Shown: positions 33,560 through 40,105 of the stretch, piece after piece
Layout of the letters: every line of letters starts with the position of its first letter
Numbering within the stretch: position 1 is the stretch's first letter
Virus record (IMG/VR): IMGVR_UViG_3300025018_000270
Coordinates: 1-40,105 of that record
DNA: 40,105 nt
From: a virus
Lineage: Duplodnaviria > Caudoviricetes
Direction: 5' to 3' (one strand)
Made by a program: the position numbers and the translations under genes
The notes under the pieces: generated by a model
The model's database searches: none
What the model was told of the DNA's origin: nothing
The model's input: the letters and a program-made list of their open reading frames with translations, nothing else

Positions 33560-35524
33560 ATGACTGTTGGAAGCGATATCGCACAATCCGGCCCTTATTT
33601 TCCGAACGGGGTGACGACGGCATTCCCGTTCGGCTTCGATATTTCCCAGGCGTCGGATCTCGCCGTGGTGTGGCTTTCGGAGAGCGGCGAGGAAACGATC
33701 ATCCCGACGGCGGCGTATAGCGTCACGATCTCGGAGACGGATCCCGGCGGCACGGTGACATTCGGCACGGCGCCTGTGGTTCCGCAGGCCGGCGATGAGT
33801 TGTGGATCTTCCTCGATCCTCAATTCGAGCAACAAGATCGATACTCGGATGAAGGGCCGTTCAATCAATCCCTTCTGGAGGGATCGCTTGACCGCCTTGC
33901 GCGCCTTTCGATCTGGCTGAAAAACAGGGTCGACCGCGCGGTTATTGGGAGCCTTGGGGATGAGGGATTGCGCCTGCCTTTGGCGGGCGGGCGCGCAAAC
34001 AAGTTTCTGGCATTCGATGCATCTGGCAATCCTGTCGTGTCGAGCGGAACGGGGGCTGATGCGGGGCTTAGATCTGATCTTGCTGTGCCGCTTGGCGCCG
34101 CGCTGGTTTCGTGGATCGGAAGCGGCATTGGCGCCGTCATGCGGAGCGTTCTGAACAAGCTGCGCGATTATCCGACGGTCGAGGATTACGGCGCGGTTGG
34201 GGATGACGTGACCGATGACACTGCCGCAATCCAGGCAATGATCGATGACGTCGGTTATTTCCGGCTTCTGGCAAAGACCTATCGGATTACCGACACCCTG
34301 ACGATCCCCGCGCACACGCAAACCCTCAAGTCGATCGGTGCCAGGTGCGTCGGTCAGGGTATGGAAAAGTCGTATCTCAATTGTGTGGGGATGGCTGGCA
34401 AGATCGCGATCGGCAACCGGATCCCCACCGGCCTATACCGGATGAGCATGAGCGATTTCGGTATCAAGGGCGATGCCGATACTTGCGTTGGCTTCACGCT
34501 CACCTCTGGAGCGGATCAGCTTTATCAAAGCGAGTTTCGCAACATGGTTTTGTCATGCGCGGGCGATAGCTGCTTCAAAGCCAATTTCCACTTCTCTTGC
34601 GCCTGGTATAATATCCACACGTTTAGCGCGGGCGGGCATGGCATAGAGATCGTTGGCGGAAACAGCACGGTGCTGGTCAACTGCTACGCCCATAACAGCG
34701 GTGCCGGCAAGGCAGGCTATCGCATCCGCGGCGGTGCGGTGCTGATTGCCTGTAATGGTGTCGATGGTGGCGGGGATATATGGGGCGAGTTCGGTTCTTC
34801 AACCTTGCTGGGGGATCCGGCGCAAGGCCAATTCCGGATCGTCATGATCGGCTGCAATATTGAGGATTGGGTGGATGACGCGATCGTATTGCGCAACACT
34901 GGTAGCCTGACGCTCGAAACCTGCATTTTCCAGGCGAAGGCCAGCGGGACGTTTAACTCGCTGATCACGCAACGCCTGACCGGCGCCGCTTCAATTTGGA
35001 AAATTATGGAGCGCGGGAGTATTTTCCAGTCGAAAGGATCGACGCTTGCCGGCGCGAGCCGGATCATAATGAACTCCTCGCCCGAATTGATCGAGAGCCA
35101 CGGCAACTTGTTTACCGATGTTCGCCTCGCTAATCAGTCGTTGACCTATACGATCCCGCGCACGCGCACCACGATACCGGCCTTTTCTATTTTTGCTCAC
35201 CAGTTCGAGAATATTACCTATACTCGGTCTTATGGATTTAACCTGATGGCGCCGGTGACGATCACGGCGAATGCAACCACATTCGACGGGACGCGGCGTG
35301 AAGTCCTGCAAACTGCGAACACGGTTGCGACGAACCTCGATCAGGTGACGGGCGGCATTGATGGGCAAACCCTGACGCTGCTGATTAAGGATGCGAACAC
35401 CACGATCCGCCACAACATCGGCGGATCGGGTCGGTTTAACAATACGTCGGGCGCGAGCATTGTGGCGGCGAACGGGGACGTCTATCGCTACGTGTGGAAC
35501 GGCGGGGGCTGGAAGCAAATATAA
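33560..35524 (+). CDS. Tailspike/tail fibre: T7 gp17-like N-terminal anchor + right-handed beta-helix (pectate-lyase-like) receptor-binding domain
   Basis: NGVTTAFPFGF...DL.V...GG.VTF...E..LDRL; VEDYGAVGDDVTDDTAAIQA; Asn/Cys/Gly-rich beta-helix repeats. Confidence 0.9.
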   Translation: MTVGSDIAQSGPYFPNGVTTAFPFGFDISQASDLAVVWLSESGEETIIPTAAYSVTISETDPGGTVTFGTAPVVPQAGDELWIFLDPQFEQQDRYSDEGPFNQSLLEGSLDRLARLSIWLKNRVDRAVIGSLGDEGLRLPLAGGRANKFLAFDASGNPVVSSGTGADAGLRSDLAVPLGAALVSWIGSGIGAVMRSVLNKLRDYPTVEDYGAVGDDVTDDTAAIQAMIDDVGYFRLLAKTYRITDTLTIPAHTQTLKSIGARCVGQGMEKSYLNCVGMAGKIAIGNRIPTGLYRMSMSDFGIKGDADTCVGFTLTSGADQLYQSEFRNMVLSCAGDSCFKANFHFSCAWYNIHTFSAGGHGIEIVGGNSTVLVNCYAHNSGAGKAGYRIRGGAVLIACNGVDGGGDIWGEFGSSTLLGDPAQGQFRIVMIGCNIEDWVDDAIVLRNTGSLTLETCIFQAKASGTFNSLITQRLTGAASIWKIMERGSIFQSKGSTLAGASRIIMNSSPELIESHGNLFTDVRLANQSLTYTIPRTRTTIPAFSIFAHQFENITYTRSYGFNLMAPVTITANATTFDGTRREVLQTANTVATNLDQVTGGIDGQTLTLLIKDANTTIRHNIGGSGRFNNTSGASIVAANGDVYRYVWNGGGWKQI

Positions 35525-35552
35525 GGTGTCATGCCGGTCGTGCCGGCTGCAA

Positions 35553-35581
35553 TTGCGCCATGTCTCTGCATCCTGTATCCT
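35553..35581 (+). promoter_or_regulatory. Candidate promoter for the lysis cassette
   Basis: TTGCGC-N17-TATCCT in the intergenic gap after the tailspike. Confidence 0.45.
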
Positions 35582-35605
35582 CTGGGGATCTAAATGGGGC
35601 GCGCG

Positions 35606-35986
35606 ATGGTTAGTGAGTTGAAAGTGCAGTCCGCTTCGGCGGCGCTTGCCGGGATTAGCGCGGTCATGGGGTTCGTGGCCCCATGGCCGCATGTGGTCGC
35701 CGGATTGTTTTTTGCTACGGCCGGCGGCTTCGTCGGGATGACTGTTTCCCCTGCGAGTGAACGGCTGGCATTGCCGTTCACTGTCCTGGCGGCGATTGTG
35801 ATCGGGATCTTTGCCGGTATCGCTCACCCGCATTTCGTGCAGGGCGGCGCCTGGATCGGCTGGATCTCGGCCCTGCCCGTTCAACTCGTCATGGGTGTGG
35901 CAGGGCTCGCCTCTCCGTGGATTGCGCGGAGGGCGGCGGCGGGCGATATCTCGCTGCCGTGGAAAGGAAAGGGTGAGCGCGGATGA
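35606..35986 (+). CDS. Multi-pass membrane protein, putative holin
   Basis: 3-4 hydrophobic segments, basic C-terminus, upstream of the endolysin. Confidence 0.65.
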   Translation: MVSELKVQSASAALAGISAVMGFVAPWPHVVAGLFFATAGGFVGMTVSPASERLALPFTVLAAIVIGIFAGIAHPHFVQGGAWIGWISALPVQLVMGVAGLASPWIARRAAAGDISLPWKGKGERG

Positions 35987-36267
35987 CGCTGATTATCACA
36001 CTGACCTATCTGATCTCTGCGGGGATCATGTTCTGGCATTCGGCGGAGAGTGATGAACGGCGGCCATTGCATCGCGCCATGCTCTACGCCTTCGCCTTTG
36101 CCATGATGTGCTGGGGATCTGCGAGGATGCTGGTGATGTTCGGCTTTCCCGCGCAGGATTGGAACTGGATGATCGATCTCGGCCATGCGTCAATGGTCGC
36201 TTTCGCGGTCATGTGGATGCACCGCGAGATCCGCGTCAAGCAACTGATCCGTAGCGGAGTGGAGTGA
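35983..36267 (+). CDS. Membrane protein, putative holin/antiholin
   Basis: Three hydrophobic segments; ATGA overlap; adjacent to the endolysin. Confidence 0.65.
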   Translation: MTLIITLTYLISAGIMFWHSAESDERRPLHRAMLYAFAFAMMCWGSARMLVMFGFPAQDWNWMIDLGHASMVAFAVMWMHREIRVKQLIRSGVE

Positions 36268-36268
36268 T

Positions 36269-37069
36269 ATGAACCGCAAGGCTGCATTCGACGCTGTTGG
36301 TGCGCTGATCCCCGGCATATGGAATATCCCCGGCACGATCGAGGATATGGATCGCCTGCTCGATCGCCTTCCTCCCGATGCGCAAACCTCCTACGCCTTT
36401 CCGATCTCCGCAATCGACGTCGCGCTCCTCTCGATTACCGCTCCGCACCTGACGGAGGGTGCGCTCAAGCCTTGGGTCGCACCATTGCGCGAGGCCTGCC
36501 AGCGGTTCGAGATCAACTCGATCCGCCGGGTCGCGGCTTTCATCGCCAATCTCGCGCATGAGGGTGGCTGGGCGGTCGGCCGGCGCGAGAATATGAATTA
36601 CTCTGCGGATCGGTTGGCGGCCGTCTGGCCGTCACGCTTTGCCGCCGGCAAGGGTGTGCCGAATGCGCTTGCGCGCTCACTGGCACGCAAGCCGGAGGCG
36701 CTGGCCAATCATGTCTATGCGAACCGCATGGGCAACGGCGGGCCGGATAGCGGAGACGGCTGGCGCTATCGCGGCAACGGGCCGATGCAACTGACCGGCC
36801 GCGACAATCATGCCGCGTTCGCAAAGGCGATGGGCAAGACGGTCGAGGATGCGGCGGCGTGGATTGCCACCACGATCGAGGGTGGGGTCATGTCGGCCGC
36901 ATGGTTCTGGGATGAGAATGATATCAACCGGCTGGCCGATACGCCAGGCGTGGAGGATGAGACGCGGCGGATCAACGGCGGGCTGATCGGGCTCGCGCAT
37001 CGCAAGCAACTGTTCGACGCGCTGGTAAAGCGGCTGCTGGAGATCGAGCAAAAGGTCACGGTGCGATGA
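36269..37069 (+). CDS. Endolysin, glycoside hydrolase family 19
   Basis: R.AAF.A...HE.G, EN.NYS, YANRMGNG, GDGWRYRG.G..QLTGRDN, SAAWFW, TRRINGG..GL..R. Confidence 0.93.
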   Translation: MNRKAAFDAVGALIPGIWNIPGTIEDMDRLLDRLPPDAQTSYAFPISAIDVALLSITAPHLTEGALKPWVAPLREACQRFEINSIRRVAAFIANLAHEGGWAVGRRENMNYSADRLAAVWPSRFAAGKGVPNALARSLARKPEALANHVYANRMGNGGPDSGDGWRYRGNGPMQLTGRDNHAAFAKAMGKTVEDAAAWIATTIEGGVMSAAWFWDENDINRLADTPGVEDETRRINGGLIGLAHRKQLFDALVKRLLEIEQKVTVR

Positions 37070-37398
37070 TTGCAGGATGGTTCATGGCGCTCGGCCTGTC
37101 GGAGCGGGTTGCGCGGATCCTCGCGCCGATCGCAATTGTGGTTGTGGCCCTGGGCGCGCTCTGGCTGCTCCTCGATGCGTATGGCGATGCGCGCTATGAT
37201 GCGGGCAAGGATGAGGCGGATCGTCAATGGCGCGCGGCTGCGGAGCGGCTGGAGGCGCAATCGGAGCAAGCGGGATCCGCGGCTGACAAGCCGGCGGATG
37301 AGCGCGAGAAGGCCTATGCCGATCGGCTGGCTGAGGAAAAGGAGAAGATCGATGCGGCGATTGCTGACGGTGGGGATCCTCTGGATATCATGTTCTAG
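37066..37398 (+). CDS. Inner-membrane spanin (Rz-like)
   Basis: N-terminal TM segment then a charged coiled-coil; follows the endolysin. Confidence 0.8.
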   Translation: MIAGWFMALGLSERVARILAPIAIVVVALGALWLLLDAYGDARYDAGKDEADRQWRAAAERLEAQSEQAGSAADKPADEREKAYADRLAEEKEKIDAAIADGGDPLDIMF

Positions 37399-37711
37399 CC
37401 TGGCCGCGTGCGGGCCGGAGAGGCTTGCTGTGGCGCTGCGGCCGGATCTCGATCATCCTGATCGCCTGATCTGCATGTCTGCGCCTGACGCGCGGCCGGA
37501 GCGCGGCGAGGCCTATACTATCGATTGGAGCAAGGTCGAGACGGTTGCCCAGGCAAAGATCCAGCACGGGCTCTATGTCGAGCGCGAGCGGCTGCGCAAT
37601 GGTGTGGTGGCCGCCTATGTGCTGGAGATCGAGGGGCGGCTGTTCACCTGTTCCAATAACGCGCAATGGTGGCGGGATTACTGGAGCCGCATGCCGGATC
37701 CGGCGCAATGA
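37352..37711 (+). CDS. Outer-membrane spanin lipoprotein (Rz1-like)
   Basis: MRRLLTVGILWISCSSLAAC lipobox; overlaps the i-spanin 3' end in the +1 frame. Confidence 0.8.
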   Translation: MRRLLTVGILWISCSSLAACGPERLAVALRPDLDHPDRLICMSAPDARPERGEAYTIDWSKVETVAQAKIQHGLYVERERLRNGVVAAYVLEIEGRLFTCSNNAQWWRDYWSRMPDPAQ

Positions 37712-37740
37712 AAAGGGCGGGGATTTCTCCCCGCCCTTAG
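37711..37740 (-). terminator. Terminator between convergent operons (U-tract on the minus strand, possibly bidirectional)
   Basis: AAGGGCGGGGA-TTTC-TCCCCGCCCTT perfect 11-bp stem preceded by an A-run. Confidence 0.85.
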
Positions 37741-37778
37741 TGCCCGCGGCATCGGACGATCCAGATATATCGAAAGGC

Positions 37779-38015
37779 CTATGCCATGCCAAGGGCGTTC
37801 TTGTAGGTTTCGAGGATCATGTCCTGCTCGTTGCGATCGTCGGGCTTCATCTTCCGCAAACGCACGATCTGGCGCATAATCTTGGGATCGTAACCGACTG
37901 CCTTCGCTTCGCCATAGACGTCGCGGATATCGTCGGAGATCCCTTTCTTTTCTTCCTCCAGCCTCTCGATACGTTCGATCAACAGGCGGAGCCTGTCGTC
38001 TGTGCTGTCAGCCAT
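37779..38015 (-). CDS. gapR: GapR/DUF2312 nucleoid-associated protein homolog (78 aa)
   Basis: [51 protein letters not shown]...E....LETY..ALGM; AGGAG RBS. Confidence 0.95.
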   Translation of the reverse strand: MADSTDDRLRLLIERIERLEEEKKGISDDIRDVYGEAKAVGYDPKIMRQIVRLRKMKPDDRNEQDMILETYKNALGMA

Positions 38016-38235
38016 TGCTCTGCTCCTGGAATAGATCCGGCTGATCTGCCGGGTGGGCTTCGTCATATGCCTCCAGCGCGGCGCGGTCTTTCCCAAGCTG
38101 GAGGCTCGCAAGCGCCGCATCGCGCTGGGCGGCTAGAAGTTTGTCGACCGCGCGCGTGCATCGCCGCTCGCTAAAGGCGAGGAGCGCGAGCAAGCGCTCG
38201 CGCTCCGGATCCGGTGCTGGCGGATCAATCGCCAT
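38008..38235 (-). CDS. Small coiled-coil protein with a C-terminal QPDLF motif (75 aa)
   Basis: [16 protein letters not shown]...; overlaps both neighbours. Confidence 0.7.
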   Translation of the reverse strand: MAIDPPAPDPERERLLALLAFSERRCTRAVDKLLAAQRDAALASLQLGKDRAALEAYDEAHPADQPDLFQEQSNG

Positions 38236-38596
38236 CGGCGGCGTGCAGCCGGTCGCGCAAGGCAAAGCCCATGAGCGGCCATATCTGCCGCACTGCGTCC
38301 TCGTAGGCGAACATGCGGCCTTTATCGCGATCGAAGTTCTCCGGCGATGCGGGCGCGCTCTTGCCGATGATCGTGAAGCCGTTGTTCATGACGACTAGGC
38401 AGATAGTGAGGAGGTTAAGCGCGTCATGTGCGGTAGCGCTGGGCGCGTGGGTGTTGCCGGCAATCGCATCCTTGCCGCTGACATAGTGGATCTCGGCGAT
38501 AGCTGCATTGATATCGGCGATGCTGACGCGGGGATGGGTGGCTCCGTCTGCGCCGATTGCATCGGTCGCCTCCAGTGATGGTGTGTTCAATGTCAT
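38225..38596 (-). CDS. N4 Gp49/Sf6 Gp66-family protein (PF13876-like)
   Basis: PRVS...I.A.I, LTIC..V..NGFTI.G.SA.ASPENFD...GR..A...A..QIWPL.G..L. Confidence 0.9.
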   Translation of the reverse strand: MTLNTPSLEATDAIGADGATHPRVSIADINAAIAEIHYVSGKDAIAGNTHAPSATAHDALNLLTICLVVMNNGFTIIGKSAPASPENFDRDKGRMFAYEDAVRQIWPLMGFALRDRLHAADGD

Positions 38597-38901
38597 TCTC
38601 CTTTTGGGTGATGAACGGCAATATCGATATCGTTCCCAAGCGCCTCGCGGAGCGCGGCCTGGGCTGCATCGATATTGATCGCCGGCGCTGCTTCAACGTC
38701 GGGGATCTGGATGGTCGCGCGGAGCGACGGGGTTCGAAAGATCTTGCTCGGCACTGTGATCGCGAGCGCGAGCGCGCGCTCATCGCGCGCAAGCTGCGCT
38801 GCGGTGCGCGTCATGCGCGCGGATCCGTCGGCGGAGAGGATGATGTTCATGTGAAACGTCATCTTCCCTGCGCGATGATCGATATCTGTCATGCGGGCCA
38901 T
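38593..38901 (-). CDS. Hypothetical protein
   Basis: GAGGAG RBS; ATGA overlap with the downstream gene. Confidence 0.75.
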   Translation of the reverse strand: MARMTDIDHRAGKMTFHMNIILSADGSARMTRTAAQLARDERALALAITVPSKIFRTPSLRATIQIPDVEAAPAINIDAAQAALREALGNDIDIAVHHPKGE

Positions 38902-38911
38902 GGCTGTCTCC

Positions 38912-39517
38912 TCAATCCCAAGAGCGGTGATAGGCGGTAACGCGGCATTCGACGGGGAGATCTGTCACCCGCTCGATCTCGGCGCGGTTGCACCACTGAT
39001 CTCCGTCCACGATTTTCTTGGCGACAAGATAATCCTCCAGCGCCTTGATCCGGTTGGTCACGTCGCCTTGGTGGCTGATGTTCACCGCGATCGAGATCCC
39101 GAACGGCCGGCGGATGATCGGCTGGGTCGGGTTCACGGGAACGCCTTGCTGGCGTAGCTGCTGCGGCACTGTCCAGGTGGTATGTTCCAGCCATGCTCTG
39201 TAGGGCTTCGTCTTGACGCGCTGCTTGCCCCTGCCCTTCACCTTGCCGGCCGCCTCCACATAGAGGCTGTTGGTCGACGGAGGGAGAGGGAGATCCAGCG
39301 TCACGCTGTCACACAGTTCGAGCGAATGGATATAGTCGCGCGTGATCGCGTAGGCGAGCGCGAGCGGGAAGCGCGGTGCGAGCGCAACCTCCATGATCTC
39401 CCCGCTCGGCTGGCCGTTCACGTCAAGCCATGCGCGCTCCTTGCGCGAATAGATCGCGCATGGCCATTGCCCGCGCTCCAGCAATGCGGCTGGTGGCAGG
39501 GTTTCGCGGTCGATCAT
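38912..39517 (-). CDS. rusA: RusA-family Holliday junction resolvase with an N-terminal extension
   Basis: LDLPLPPSTNSLY, KT..YRAW, GDVTNRIKALEDYL, IVDGDQ. Confidence 0.8.
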   Translation of the reverse strand: MIDRETLPPAALLERGQWPCAIYSRKERAWLDVNGQPSGEIMEVALAPRFPLALAYAITRDYIHSLELCDSVTLDLPLPPSTNSLYVEAAGKVKGRGKQRVKTKPYRAWLEHTTWTVPQQLRQQGVPVNPTQPIIRRPFGISIAVNISHQGDVTNRIKALEDYLVAKKIVDGDQWCNRAEIERVTDLPVECRVTAYHRSWD

Positions 39518-39702
39518 CGCCGCGGGATGAAGCCTGCGCCTGGCCGCTTGCGGCTGGCATGCTGTTCGAACACGGCTGCGGCCTTGTCGATCTCGGCGGC
39601 GCGGGTTGGGTTGGTCACGCGCACGCTGGCCGCCATGGCGCGCAAGGCCTTGGCGGCGCCGGGCTCGCCGGCGCGGATGATGAATGTCGGTTCTTCGTCC
39701 AT
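39514..39702 (-). CDS. Hypothetical protein (62 aa)
   Basis: MDEEPTFIIRAGEPGA...; GGAGAG RBS; ATGA overlap with rusA. Confidence 0.7.
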   Translation of the reverse strand: MDEEPTFIIRAGEPGAAKALRAMAASVRVTNPTRAAEIDKAAAVFEQHASRKRPGAGFIPRR

Positions 39703-39741
39703 CTTACTCTCCAATCGTTTCGCGAACGCGGGATAGGGTGG

Positions 39742-40105
39742 TCATGGGGTGGGTTCCTTTGTCACAGGCGCATCAAAACCGTGGATACGGGACTGCGCTT
39801 CAAGCAGATCAAGAATAGCGAAAGTCTCGTCACCAAGCGGAGTCCCGCCACGCGTCCGCGCCCAATGCTCGCGGGCTTGCTCAAACGAAAAATACCGGCA
39901 ACCCGCGATGACGCGCGGGCCTTCAGGCGTGGGTGCAATGGTAAATGTGTAATTGTCGCTGCGAACAGCAGTCAGGCCGACTTTGTAGACCCGCGCATCG
40001 CCGTAGACCCGCGCATCGCCGTAGACCCGCGCATCGCCGTAGACCCGCGCATCGCCGTAGACCCGCGCATCGCCGTAGACCCGCGCATCGCCGTAGACCC
40101 GCGCA
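39742..40105 (-). CDS. Hexapeptide-repeat protein, C-terminal part (continuation of 1..320)
   Basis: Hand translation ...(VYGDAR)6 VYKVGLTAVRSDNYTFTIAPTPEGPRVIAGCRYFSFEQAREHWARTRGGTPLGDETFAILDLLEAQSRIHGFDAPVTKEPTP-stop. Confidence 0.88.
   Translation of the reverse strand, partial: ARVYGDARVYGDARVYGDARVYGDARVYGDARVYGDARVYKVGLTAVRSDNYTFTIAPTPEGPRVIAGCRYFSFEQAREHWARTRGGTPLGDETFAILDLLEAQSRIHGFDAPVTKEPTP
39989..40105. repeat. 18-bp tandem repeat, 6.5 identical units ACCCGCGCATCGCCGTAG
   Basis: Direct reading; same unit family as 1..144. Confidence 0.98.

Larger units (their letters stand above)
1..40105. mobile_element. Near-complete podovirus-type phage genome (BPP-1/epsilon15-like virion module), circularly permuted, broken in a tandem repeat
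   Basis: TerS-TerL-portal-scaffold-MCP-cement-adaptor-nozzle-ejection proteins-tailspike-lysis order; one minus-strand gene continues across both window ends; no host housekeeping context. Confidence 0.93.

Noticed and set aside
33560-35605. BPP-1-type diversity-generating retroelement, given the BPP-1-like head genes
   Set aside because: I found no reverse transcriptase or Avd-like ORF, and saw no template/variable repeat pair differing at adenines near the tailspike

Overview
The window appears to be an essentially complete ~40 kb GC-rich tailed phage genome with podovirus virion genes in BPP-1/epsilon15-like order. The host is most likely an Alphaproteobacterium, probably Sphingomonadaceae, judging by a very host-like GapR/DUF2312 gene and an alphaproteobacterial Cro-like gene. 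The assembly is broken inside an 18-bp tandem repeat, so one hexapeptide-repeat gene runs off the left end and resumes at the right end. A leftward early operon (4933->1, then 40105->37779) holds many small, often Cys-rich genes, a phage-encoded DNA pol III beta clamp, RusA, a Gp49/Gp66-family protein and GapR. A divergent control region lies at ~4934-5123. Rightward come Cro-like, primase, Dam-type MTase, DUF3987 helicase-like, DHH phosphoesterase, Gp88-like, an iteron-bearing ori candidate, TerS/TerL, portal, scaffold, MCP, cement, adaptor, a split nozzle, ejection proteins (M23 peptidase; ART-like and HExxH modules), a beta-helix tailspike and a lysis cassette. I recognised no integrase, CI repressor, DNA or RNA polymerase, tRNA, CRISPR or reverse transcriptase. 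The most notable observations are: (i) a free-standing 86-aa copy of an internal nozzle domain; (ii) a Dam cassette bounded by 9-bp direct repeats whose removal fuses primase and helicase in frame; (iii) a phage clamp with an altered pocket residue alongside small proteins bearing clamp-binding-like motifs; (iv) a probable AUA start for TerS. All family assignments are by motif recognition from memory; no searches were run.
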